Notes: generated by a model not told the origin, from the sequence alone. DNA of 51,668 bases from Cyanophyceae cyanobacterium (GCA_050331735.1 JBHJGN010000028.1:1-51668); one strand, 5' to 3'. Shown: positions 38,495 to 47,735, numbered from the stretch's first letter. Program-made: numbers and translations.

Positions 38495-40579
38495 TTACAA
38501 CTTAATTTCTACTTCTAAAAAAGCTCGTTCTATTGCCTGGGCTAAATTTAGTTTCTGTTGTTGAGCGTATAGATCAGCCGCACTACGATATGCTAGCAAT
38601 ATCTCGCGAAAGTTTTCAATCTTTCCATTTGAAGTTTTGATATTGAGAAGAACCCAACCTAAGTTATGTTGTGCCTGCGCGTAGTGCGACTTTAATTGAA
38701 CAGCCTTTTCTAAACAAAGACGTGCTTGAGTCCAATATCCACTTCTTCCCCATAAAGTACCCAAGCGAAATAGAACAAGAGGATTTGGGGAGAATTTTTG
38801 AGCGTGTTCTTCATAAGCTTGGATGGCTCCTTGAGGGTTATTTAAGCGTTCTTGAGTCACGCCTCGATTAATTAATAGCCAGCTTGGAACTTGTGCTTGA
38901 GAATTTGCTTGTTCAAAACTAGTTTGGGCATCAGACCATAATCCTTGTTTAGCCTGCTTCCAGCCTTTAAATCCCCAACCCCAAGCACTATTTGGTAGTT
39001 GGGTAATAAATTCTTCAATCCGTCTGTCTACATCCCTGGCTTGCTTGGTAACAACCGCTTTATCTAGGGCAATAATGAGAAGCGGATAAATCCATTGCTG
39101 TAGCGCTTGAGAATTTCTAGACTGAGCCGCTTTTGACTTAAAGACTGCTTGAGTAGCTGCCCGAATAGCGGGTTTCCATTGCTGTTGATTGGCTGCTATC
39201 CAGGCTTGGATTCCTAAAGCAAAAGTGCAACGGCTGTCTATTTGAAGCGATTTCGCTACCGCCACCTCAGCCTGTTGCCAATTGCCGGATTTTCCGAGTG
39301 CCCAAGCTAAATTTGTCTGTATCCAAGCTTCCTGGGAAGAAAGACTCGCTGCTTGCTGTAGCTGACTAACGGCAACTAACCACTGGGCTTGGCGGCAGCT
39401 AATCAGCCCCAACACTCCATAGCTTCTGCCGTCGTTGGGTTTGAGCTGAATCGCTTTTTGAGCCGCCGCTTCTGCTTGAGATTCATCGAGGTGAATTTGC
39501 ACTAATGCTAGTTCGACGGCGGCTTCACCATTACTGGGTTCATAAGAGAGACATTTCTCGTAAGCTTGAACGGCTTCCGCTAGCCGAAGCTGCTTAGCTA
39601 GCTCTTGGGCGCGTTTTTGGATTGGAGAAATTAACTTTCCTTCGAGAGCGTTAATTAATTCATCAGCAGATTGAAACCGATCCTCGACCCGCATTTGGAG
39701 TCCGGTTAAGACAACCTTTTCAATTAGCTCAGATAGATCGGAGCGTAATTGTCTTGGAGGAATTAGGGAGTCTGAATGGACTCTGACAACGGGATCGGCA
39801 GGCAGTTCTCCGGTTAATACTTCATACATCGACGCGCACAGAGCATAAATATCGGTTGCTGCCCAGCGCTTACTTTTGTAGCTGTATTGTTCAAGAGGAG
39901 CATACCCTTTTGTCAAAGTGACGCTCAATTCGCGGGTTTGACCAGCAATAAATTCTTTCGTCGCCCCAAAATCAATCAATACAGCTCGGTCTTGACCGTC
40001 GATAATAATATTTTCTGGTTTGAGATCTCGATGTAAAAAGTTATTTCCATGAACAACTTTGAGAGCTTCTGCCACTTGAATAAAGTAACGTTTGACTCGC
40101 TCTTCGGAAACTCTCCCTTCTCTTTTAAAAATGCTATATAAAGTTTCGCCAGCGACAAATTCCATGACGATGTAAGCGGTATCGTTTTCGTCAAACCAGT
40201 CGTAGACTTTGACGATGTGGGGATGTCTGCATTGGTGTAGATAAGAAGCTTCCAGCTTAAACTTAGTGAGCTGTTGCTGTCGTTCCTTGGGGGCGATCGC
40301 ATGAGGCCAGGTAACGCTAGTTCCCTGCCTCACTGCTTTTTCTGGCCACAGTTCTTTGAGGGCAACTGTTCCTGCATTGGTCAAATCAGTTCCTTGATAG
40401 GTAATGCCGAACCCACCGTCGCCAATGACTTTTTCAATGCGATAGTGTCCTTGCTTGAGGAGCGTTCCTGTTGGCAAATGGTACGTTGAACTACTGAGTT
40501 CCAAAGGAGTGCCGCAGCTAATACAGGATTGGCTGTTGTCAGAATTAGCAGTGAGGCAACTAGGGCAATCGAGTGTCAT
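38495..40579 (-). CDS. Zn-ribbon + Ser/Thr protein kinase + TPR protein
   Basis: CPSC/CISC; IGDGGFGITY, VALKE, HRDLKPEN, IDFG, GYAPLE; C-terminal TPR repeats; no TM. Confidence 0.93.
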   Translation of the reverse strand: MTLDCPSCLTANSDNSQSCISCGTPLELSSSTYHLPTGTLLKQGHYRIEKVIGDGGFGITYQGTDLTNAGTVALKELWPEKAVRQGTSVTWPHAIAPKERQQQLTKFKLEASYLHQCRHPHIVKVYDWFDENDTAYIVMEFVAGETLYSIFKREGRVSEERVKRYFIQVAEALKVVHGNNFLHRDLKPENIIIDGQDRAVLIDFGATKEFIAGQTRELSVTLTKGYAPLEQYSYKSKRWAATDIYALCASMYEVLTGELPADPVVRVHSDSLIPPRQLRSDLSELIEKVVLTGLQMRVEDRFQSADELINALEGKLISPIQKRAQELAKQLRLAEAVQAYEKCLSYEPSNGEAAVELALVQIHLDESQAEAAAQKAIQLKPNDGRSYGVLGLISCRQAQWLVAVSQLQQAASLSSQEAWIQTNLAWALGKSGNWQQAEVAVAKSLQIDSRCTFALGIQAWIAANQQQWKPAIRAATQAVFKSKAAQSRNSQALQQWIYPLLIIALDKAVVTKQARDVDRRIEEFITQLPNSAWGWGFKGWKQAKQGLWSDAQTSFEQANSQAQVPSWLLINRGVTQERLNNPQGAIQAYEEHAQKFSPNPLVLFRLGTLWGRSGYWTQARLCLEKAVQLKSHYAQAQHNLGWVLLNIKTSNGKIENFREILLAYRSAADLYAQQQKLNLAQAIERAFLEVEIKL

Positions 40580-40582
40580 TTT

Positions 40583-41857
40583 CTAATAAGTTTCAAAGCG
40601 AAAACGAACTTTACCAAAAGCAATTTCATCTTCTGTGTTCAATTTTTGAGGAAGAGTAATTCTCTCAAAACGTGATTGACCAACACACTTAACAAAAATG
40701 CCGTTAGCTGAGCCTGAATCGGCAATTTTCCACTCTCCTGATTCTCTGTAAATTTTGCCGTGTTGACGCGATACAGTTTGAGAACCAGAAAAGTGATTTA
40801 AATCAATATCGACTGAAGCGCCCGGTTCGGCTCGTCCAATAACGTGCTGCGTGTTTTCTAAGATGAATTCTGGACAAGAGCTAACGGATGGAACGGGAAT
40901 AAGTTTAGCAATCTGCTCTCCTCCCGTCAGTGCTTTCAGCAGTTCGTCTGCTGTCTGAAAACGCTCTTGGACGCGCATACTCATACCAGTCCAGATAACT
41001 TGTTCTAGGAGGGGATCGATATGAGGAGCGAGATGGCGAGGAGGAATGAGGGCTTCTGAGGCAAACCTTTCTGTAGCGGGTGCTGGTAGCTTGCCAGTGA
41101 GCGCTTCGTACATGGAGGCACACAGCGCGTAGATGTCTGTAGCAGGCCAGCGCTTGCTTTCATAACTGTATTGTTCCAGAGGAGCATAGCCAGGAGTGAG
41201 CGTGACGCTCATTTTGCGAGTTTGACCAGCAATAAATTCCTTAGTTGAGCCAAAATCGATCAATATAGCTCTATCTTGACCGTCGATAATAATATTTTCT
41301 GGTTTAATATCACGATGAAGTAGATTAACCTGGTGAATGGCTTTGAGCGCTTCAGCCAGTTGAATAAAGTAGCGCTTAACCTGCTGATTCGGCAAAGGAC
41401 TCGCTTTAATCAATTGGGAAAGTGGCTGACCAGTAATGAGCGCCATGACAACGTAGGCGGTGTTGTTGGCTTCAAAGCAGTCGTAAACCCGAACGATACT
41501 GGGGTGATGGCATCGGGAAATGTAGGTCGCTTCGGTAGCTATCTGTTTTAGCTGTAGCTGGCGGTTGTGGGGCGTTACTGTTGGGGGCCAAACAATCGTG
41601 GTTCCTTGGCGAATAGCTTTTTCGGGCCAGCTTTCTTTAACGGCAACGGGGCGAGAGTGAACTACATCAATAGCTTTGTAAGTAATGCCAAAGCCGCCTT
41701 CACCCAGGACTTTTTCAACCTGATATTTCTGTTGTAGAAAGCTACCGGACGGCAACAGGTAGCTGTGCTGATTCGCGTTTAAAGCTACACCACAAGCAAT
41801 ACAGATAGCTGCGTTAACTTGATTCTCTGCCATACAGGTAGGACATTGAATAGACAT
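40583..41857 (-). CDS. Zn-ribbon + Ser/Thr protein kinase + FHA protein
   Basis: True start MSIQCPTC (41857), since the upstream extension is MITE; LGEGGFG, HRDIKPEN, IDFG; FHA motifs IGR, SRQH, SANG. Confidence 0.93.
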   Translation of the reverse strand: MSIQCPTCMAENQVNAAICIACGVALNANQHSYLLPSGSFLQQKYQVEKVLGEGGFGITYKAIDVVHSRPVAVKESWPEKAIRQGTTIVWPPTVTPHNRQLQLKQIATEATYISRCHHPSIVRVYDCFEANNTAYVVMALITGQPLSQLIKASPLPNQQVKRYFIQLAEALKAIHQVNLLHRDIKPENIIIDGQDRAILIDFGSTKEFIAGQTRKMSVTLTPGYAPLEQYSYESKRWPATDIYALCASMYEALTGKLPAPATERFASEALIPPRHLAPHIDPLLEQVIWTGMSMRVQERFQTADELLKALTGGEQIAKLIPVPSVSSCPEFILENTQHVIGRAEPGASVDIDLNHFSGSQTVSRQHGKIYRESGEWKIADSGSANGIFVKCVGQSRFERITLPQKLNTEDEIAFGKVRFRFETY

Positions 41858-41860
41858 TTT

Positions 41861-42010
41861 ATCCCAATTAGAAAAAGGAATGAGAGACTTGCTGAGTTGG
41901 GAAAGAGGGAAAAGGGTAAGGGGGAAAGGGAAGTAAGCAGGTCTTTTTCTTTGAACCTCCAACTCTTTGTTAGTTTGGGGAATGATCTGACTACTTTCGG
42001 CAAATGGTAT
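41861..42010 (+). mobile_element. ~150 bp MITE, copy C, inside the kinase operon
   Basis: ATCCCAATTAGAAAAAG...GACTACTTTCGGCAAATGGTAT; fills the gap between the PP2C stop and the kinase ATG. Confidence 0.85.
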
Positions 42011-43815
42011 TAGTTAGCCTTAATCCGGCACTGTAAAGCGAGAAGAGTAGCATTATCAGCCGCTCCTCGCTTAAGGACTAGCTCAATCGTCCTATCTACA
42101 GAGGATTGCAGATATTGTGGACACGTAAAAATTTCTGCGAGTTCTTCCGGTGAAACGAGATCCCAAACGCCATCCGAACACAGAAGCAACAGATCCTCAT
42201 CTTCTAGGATCATCGATCGGGTTCCAGCGGTACGGCTGAGATCCTGAACGTAGCCACTGCTTAACTGTTGTTTTGAACCAAGAGATTTAATCAGCACACT
42301 CCGCTCTGGATGGTTTAAGCTTTCTTCATCGGTAATTTGACCGCTCGCTACCAACATGGCAACTAGGGTATGATCTTCACTTAACTGGCGGATTTCTCCC
42401 TTGCGTACTAGGTAGATGCGGCTGTCTCCGACATGGGCGATCGCTAATTGATTGGCACTTGCCATGACCACGCTCAAAGTCGTTCCGCCGTCGCGCACCG
42501 CTGTGGCGGTCGCCTGATTTGCTTGCTCAAAGAGCGATATTAGCCAGTCTGCTCGTTGTTCCGACTTCAAACCTGGAGGAATTGGTTCACTCAGAACCGT
42601 TTGAATCGCTAGTTTACTCGCCACTTCTCCTTGAGACATGCCCCCCATACCATCAGCGACAGCGGCTAATAGATACGTATCGGTATTGCTGAGCTGCTGT
42701 TGGACACCGTAGCTATCTTCGTTTTGCAGGCGATCGGTTGATAGTCCGACAGTAGAACGACTAGCGATGTTCCAACGAACTTCAGGAGTGCGAAACGAGT
42801 TCCGGGAACTGACTAAAAGGGTAAGTAACTGAGCAAGGGAAAAGCGTTCTTCGCAGATAGGAGAGAGGCTAATTTTCAGGAGTTGATGGACGTGAGGAAT
42901 GGGCTGAATTTCGATATTTAGTGGCTGATCTGACGGTGGGGGCTGCTGATGAATCGCTTGGTAGAGTAGCGCTCCAACGGTATAGGTACTCATGGTTTCA
43001 TCGAAAGGATAACCAGAAGCGAGTTCGGGAGCGCAATAATCGCCTATCAGTCCTAAGCTTGGCTTTTCTCCCACAGGGTAAGCAGTGGTGAGATCGAAAA
43101 ACTTTAGGGGTGTCCCAATTTGAATCAGTTGAGGCAGCAAATTGGCAAAGCACCACCCTCGCTGAAAGACATAGGAAAAGCCTTGACAAATTTGTACAGC
43201 CAAAGATAAGCACTTTTCTGGGGAATTATCCCCTGTTAGCCAAGTTTCCAAAGTGGAACCCTCTGGAAAATCCGTTAAGAGAATTAGCTTTTGCTGAGAT
43301 TCTGGACCAATTTCTTTTTCTGGATAGTATTCTTCTTCTAAATACTCTGATGTTGGTTCAATTTGTTCAGGAGGTTCTATCTGTTGTTCGCTAGACGTTT
43401 CGGCAGCCAACGATATATCTGGGCTGTTTTCATCGACATCTTCAGCGATCGCCTCAAGCTGCTCTCCCTGCTCCTTTTCTATCCATTCCGTTTCTTGGTT
43501 AGTGATTTGACAGGAAAGCTTGAGCGCCACAGACTCTTCAACAGTATGAGCCAGCAAGGGGGCAACCATGCCGTAATCGCCCAGCACTTCCCTAAGCTGT
43601 AGTTCCCGACTCAAGCCACCGTCGATAGCCCCAACTCGCAGCAAGCCTAATTGCTCAGTGTTAAAATTGTCGTCTGAATTAATTTTTACTTTAAAGGAGT
43701 GAACATCTTCCGAGAGTAAGCCCAGGTATGCCAATACTTCTACTCGATAGTTTTTAAGGTAGAAGCAGTGGTTTTCCTGAATGACTAACTCTTGATTGGG
43801 TAAGGCTAAAATCAT
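42010..43815 (-). CDS. Degenerate kinase-like domain + PP2C (PPM) phosphatase
   Basis: NEDSY, VADGMGG, GGTT, HVGDSR, DHT, LCSDG, DNAT; N-terminal half has YCAPE and YTVGALLY but lacks HRD and DFG; acidic linker. Confidence 0.9.
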   Translation of the reverse strand: MILALPNQELVIQENHCFYLKNYRVEVLAYLGLLSEDVHSFKVKINSDDNFNTEQLGLLRVGAIDGGLSRELQLREVLGDYGMVAPLLAHTVEESVALKLSCQITNQETEWIEKEQGEQLEAIAEDVDENSPDISLAAETSSEQQIEPPEQIEPTSEYLEEEYYPEKEIGPESQQKLILLTDFPEGSTLETWLTGDNSPEKCLSLAVQICQGFSYVFQRGWCFANLLPQLIQIGTPLKFFDLTTAYPVGEKPSLGLIGDYCAPELASGYPFDETMSTYTVGALLYQAIHQQPPPSDQPLNIEIQPIPHVHQLLKISLSPICEERFSLAQLLTLLVSSRNSFRTPEVRWNIASRSTVGLSTDRLQNEDSYGVQQQLSNTDTYLLAAVADGMGGMSQGEVASKLAIQTVLSEPIPPGLKSEQRADWLISLFEQANQATATAVRDGGTTLSVVMASANQLAIAHVGDSRIYLVRKGEIRQLSEDHTLVAMLVASGQITDEESLNHPERSVLIKSLGSKQQLSSGYVQDLSRTAGTRSMILEDEDLLLLCSDGVWDLVSPEELAEIFTCPQYLQSSVDRTIELVLKRGAADNATLLALQCRIKAN

Positions 43816-43839
43816 GGAAAAAGCTATCTGAGTAAGGGC

Positions 43840-44388
43840 TTAGGCACTTTGGAAGAGAAAGCGAACTTTAGCGATCGCCACTTCATCTCCCGAATGAATC
43901 GTTTCTGGGGTAGTAATTCTGGCTCCAAAACGGCTTTGACTGACAGGTTTAATAAACACGCCATTCGTAGAGCCAAGGTCTTTAATTTTCCACGCTCCTG
44001 CTTCTTGATAGATCTCAGCATGGTTGCGTGAGATGGTTTCGCTCCCTGGAAATTCTTCTAGATCGATATCGACGGGTCCGGTATCTGGATCGAAGATGCC
44101 CACAATGGCATAACTATCTAGACAAAATTCAGCAATGGGAGCGTTTGGCTGCTTGGCGACTAACTTAGCAGGTACAGCAGAAGTTTGGGGAATTGTTGGC
44201 TCAGGAACGGGGTTTGAAGTTAGCGGAGGCGGGGACTGTGGCTCCAAAGAAGGTGCTTCTGGCACTGGTGAGGATTCAATCGGAGCGGATGCTGATGCGG
44301 TTGGTGATAGTTCTGCGCCGCAAGCATCGCAGAATTCCGAACCATCGGGGTTTTGATCGTAACCACAGCTTGTACAAAGGATTGACAT
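43840..44388 (-). CDS. Zn-ribbon + Pro/Ser-rich linker + FHA domain protein
   Basis: CTSC/CDAC; SRNH and GSTNG FHA motifs; start moved to ATG 44388 (AAGGAAG upstream). Confidence 0.9.
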   Translation of the reverse strand: MSILCTSCGYDQNPDGSEFCDACGAELSPTASASAPIESSPVPEAPSLEPQSPPPLTSNPVPEPTIPQTSAVPAKLVAKQPNAPIAEFCLDSYAIVGIFDPDTGPVDIDLEEFPGSETISRNHAEIYQEAGAWKIKDLGSTNGVFIKPVSQSRFGARITTPETIHSGDEVAIAKVRFLFQSA

Positions 44389-44448
44389 AGTTTTGACTTC
44401 CTTCAATAGACAATAAAGTATGTTGAGTAATCAAGCTAAGAGCTAATT

Positions 44449-46374
44449 TTACGTACCTGAAAGCGCTCGTATTTCTGCTTCTGAAGGCAGGTCGTCGTTA
44501 ATATCGCTGCCCATTTTGACCGTTTTGCCTTTGGAACCCATTTTGACGGTTTTACGAGTTCCGGCTGAAATTTTGCGAGTGAGGCGTAGCTCGTCAATTC
44601 CTTCATTGAGAGATTCTTCCATCGCTTTATTCCCAATCTTGACCGTAAGGCGACGAGCAGTTTCCATTAGTTTTTCTGCTTCTTGAGGATTCTGTTCTGC
44701 TACCTGTGTAGCGTTGTTCACAAGCTGAGAAATGTTGCGCTGCTGAACGTACCCCATCACCTCTTGGTCTACTTGAGCAGCACCATTTTGTCCGGCAACA
44801 AACTGCACCACTACGTTTTGAGGAGGAAGTTCGCCGCGTCGGTTTTGTCCGGGAACATCGTAGGTTAAGCCAAGCTGGGCAACGCGTACGCGAGAGGTGA
44901 CGCGACTGTCTACGTTGAATTCTAAGATAAACACCGTTTCATCATTGCCAACAGCAGTACCAATAGGATAGGGTTGAGTCGTCAATGGAAATTCGGCTTG
45001 GTCGGGATAGACGCGAGTAACGCGCTCTAGCTCAACTCCTTTCACGGACTTAACGCTGAGGGCGAGGTTGTTAATTACTTCTTGCTGAGCTTGACTAAAT
45101 TCGCCAAACAGGGTTCGAGGCAGATCGTTGATAGAAACTTGCGTCCCCGTTGCCTGTCCGGGAACGACATGAAAGAGATGACCGCCAGTGGTATCGCTAA
45201 GATGAATGAGTAAATCTTCGTTATATTCCCCAACGCCAAGGGCGGTCATGGGAATCCCAGCGCTGGCAAACTGCTGAGCGAGATCTCGACACTCAAAATC
45301 ATCAAAGGTTTCGCCATCGGTAAAAATGAGAGCGCGGCGACTGGTCATAGTTTGGTTGGAGAGTAAATCCATCGCTTGATTAAGACCTAGCCCTAGGCGA
45401 GTCCCGCCAGAAAAGTCATGGAGATTATCAATTGCCTTTTGGAGCTGATTGATTTCGGTTGCTGGTGTGAGTCCAATGAGAGTAGAAGCTTGGTCGTCGA
45501 ATTGAATCAGAGCAATGCGATCTGTTTGCTCTAGTTTTCCTGACCAAATTAGCTCTTGCAGGGATTTAATGACCAGAGCAATTTTTGTTTCTCCGCCAGT
45601 GACTGCCATGTAATTTTGACCGTCTACCTGAAAGGTTTGTCCGGTTGGCTGTGAGTCTCCGGTGACGACTTCATACATCGAGCCGCTTGTATCGATTAGA
45701 AAAGCGAAGGTTGTCGGTGGGCGAGTATTGGCAATCTCTCTTGTCGGTCGCAGCTTCAGCATAATAAACAATTTCTGAGCGGCGGTATCGGCAGGCAGAA
45801 ATTCACGATGGGAGGTAAGAGTAACGTTTAGCATGTTGATATCAGTAGTGGAGTCTGCGTTTTGATGGCAATTTGACGAGGCATCGTGTGGGTTTGTAGC
45901 TGTGTCTGTTGCTTGGGGAAGATCTTGATGAGCTTGTTCTGTAAAGCGCAGGCGGAGCAATTCTTGCTTTTGGGTTTCGACGAGATCGGCTTGTGGAGCG
46001 GAGATAGCATGGAGAAGACGAGAAATGCTGTCTAAGGCGCGGTAGGTGTCATCGGTTGAGAAGTTACCGCTGTGCGCCCACTGGTTGCGAGCCGTGCGTA
46101 GTTCGCTCACTAAACTGCGTTCTGCGTAGCCTAAGCTTTGTTTGAAGACGTTATGCCATTTATTGCAGATTAAGATCAGCAAAGCTGAAATATCTTCTTT
46201 AAGAATTTGAGCAGTACTGCGTCGCAGGGTGCGGTCTTCCGGTACGCTAGCCGCCGCAGCGTCTAGCCAGTTGTCTTGATAAGCAGAACGCATTTCTTGT
46301 TCCACAAAGGGATATAAGCCTTCTCTGAGAAGGTCTAAGGCTCTACCCACTCGTTCTTGGTTTGTCATTGCCAT
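44449..46374 (-). CDS. Swt1-like HEPN domain fused to a vWA domain protein
   Basis: aa 1-~150 MTNQERVGRALDLL..ELRTARNQWAH..DTYRALD (Rx4H); linker; from M181 a vWA with MIDAS DTSGS, GGT, TDGE. Confidence 0.88.
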   Translation of the reverse strand: MAMTNQERVGRALDLLREGLYPFVEQEMRSAYQDNWLDAAAASVPEDRTLRRSTAQILKEDISALLILICNKWHNVFKQSLGYAERSLVSELRTARNQWAHSGNFSTDDTYRALDSISRLLHAISAPQADLVETQKQELLRLRFTEQAHQDLPQATDTATNPHDASSNCHQNADSTTDINMLNVTLTSHREFLPADTAAQKLFIMLKLRPTREIANTRPPTTFAFLIDTSGSMYEVVTGDSQPTGQTFQVDGQNYMAVTGGETKIALVIKSLQELIWSGKLEQTDRIALIQFDDQASTLIGLTPATEINQLQKAIDNLHDFSGGTRLGLGLNQAMDLLSNQTMTSRRALIFTDGETFDDFECRDLAQQFASAGIPMTALGVGEYNEDLLIHLSDTTGGHLFHVVPGQATGTQVSINDLPRTLFGEFSQAQQEVINNLALSVKSVKGVELERVTRVYPDQAEFPLTTQPYPIGTAVGNDETVFILEFNVDSRVTSRVRVAQLGLTYDVPGQNRRGELPPQNVVVQFVAGQNGAAQVDQEVMGYVQQRNISQLVNNATQVAEQNPQEAEKLMETARRLTVKIGNKAMEESLNEGIDELRLTRKISAGTRKTVKMGSKGKTVKMGSDINDDLPSEAEIRALSGT

Positions 46375-46484
46375 GCGGGAAGACTGAAATCTGTAGCCTT
46401 ACTGTTTATATTTCCCACTAAAGCAGCAAGAAGTAGCATAAAATCTAAAAAAAATCTGTTCTGGTTCCGAATAGTAGAATTTAC

Positions 46485-47318
46485 GTGAGAACTGATACGA
46501 TCTTTTTTCGTCTGTTTCAATCTTTCCCGGAAATTTTCTTTGAACTGCTCGATGCTCCGGTACAGCCATAGGCTTATCAGTTTGCCTCGGTAGAAGTAAA
46601 ACAACTAGCTTTCAGAATCGATGGCGTGTTCCTTCCGGCTGCTGATGACCCCGAACAACCAATCTACTTTACCGAAGTGCAGTTTCAGCCGGATGCTCAG
46701 TTTTACTCGCGCTTTTTTAGCGAAATCTTTCTCTATCTTGCTCAAACCGATTTAACCAATAACTGGCGAGGGGCCATTATTTTTCCCAGTCGTCGTGTTG
46801 AGATTGGTAATTCTGAGCGCTACAGTGAGTTGCTTGCTTCTACACGAGTGACCAGGATTTATCTGGATGAGCTAGGAGCGAGTGCGGATGAGTCCGTTGG
46901 CATGGCAACAGTTCAGTTAATAGTGACTGAAGAAGAAACGGCTATAGAACGGGGCAGGTCTTTAATCGATAGAATTAGAAGTGAAAGCGAAGATGAGCAG
47001 CAAGCTAGAGAACTTTTAGAGTTAATCAAGACCATCCTAATTTACAAGCTACCCGAAACCAGCCGGAGGAAGATAGAAGCCATGTTTAGTTTGAGTGATT
47101 TGAAGCAAACTAAGGTTTATCAAGAAGCATTAGAGGAAGGGAGACAAGCAGGCAAAGAAGAAGGGAGACAAGCAGGCAAAGAAGAAGGCAAGCTGGAAGG
47201 CAAATTAGAATCTGTACCATTGCTGCTGTCTTTAGGCGCAACGGTAGAACAAATAGCCGAGGCGCTGAATCTGGATGTAGAACGAGTGCGACAGGTAGCG
47301 CAGCAGCAAAGTGAGTAG
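46485..47318 (+). pseudogene. Rpn-family (DUF2887) nuclease gene with a premature stop
   Basis: GTG 46485 reads VRTDTIFFRLFQSFPEIFFELL..QP*AYQFASVEVKQLAFRIDGVF, in frame with the 46626 ORF; TAG at 46569-46571; EVQFQ motif; EEG repeats. Confidence 0.85.
47136..47183 (+). repeat. Perfect 24-bp tandem duplication (EGRQAGKE x2)
   Basis: gaagggagacaagcaggcaaagaa twice; typical variable C-terminal repeat of Rpn proteins. Confidence 0.9.
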
Positions 47319-47351
47319 CGTTGTGAGATTGTTAAATGCGATCGCCTGATA

Positions 47352-47735
47352 CTACCCAAAGACTAAGGGTGGTAATGCGCCACCTTGCGGTTCAATGCCT
47401 GTTAAGTCAGGCTTAACTGGTTCGGGGAGCTGCTGATTGCCATCCTCTTTAAGTTGTTTAATATTGGCTTCAATCAGCAGAGGTAAGTCTAAAGTGACTG
47501 TGGTGGTGCGATAGCCTTCACCAATATCTTCCAGCCAAGCTGTTATTAAGCGGTTGAGATTCGCTTCGCTAATCTGGCAAGCACTTTGACTTTGCAAGGA
47601 TTGCTGGACTTTCTGCCGAATTTCTGGGGTAAATATCTGTTTTGGTTGATTCTCCTGACTGGTAGATAAATTGAAAGCATAACTGTAGCGCTCTTCGGTA
47701 TCTTTCAGTTGTAGGAACAGGGTGTAAGTAGCCAT
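47352..47735 (-). CDS. Hypothetical protein (127 aa)
   Basis: Clean ATG ORF with protein-like composition, same strand as the kinase operon. Confidence 0.7.
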   Translation of the reverse strand: MATYTLFLQLKDTEERYSYAFNLSTSQENQPKQIFTPEIRQKVQQSLQSQSACQISEANLNRLITAWLEDIGEGYRTTTVTLDLPLLIEANIKQLKEDGNQQLPEPVKPDLTGIEPQGGALPPLVFG

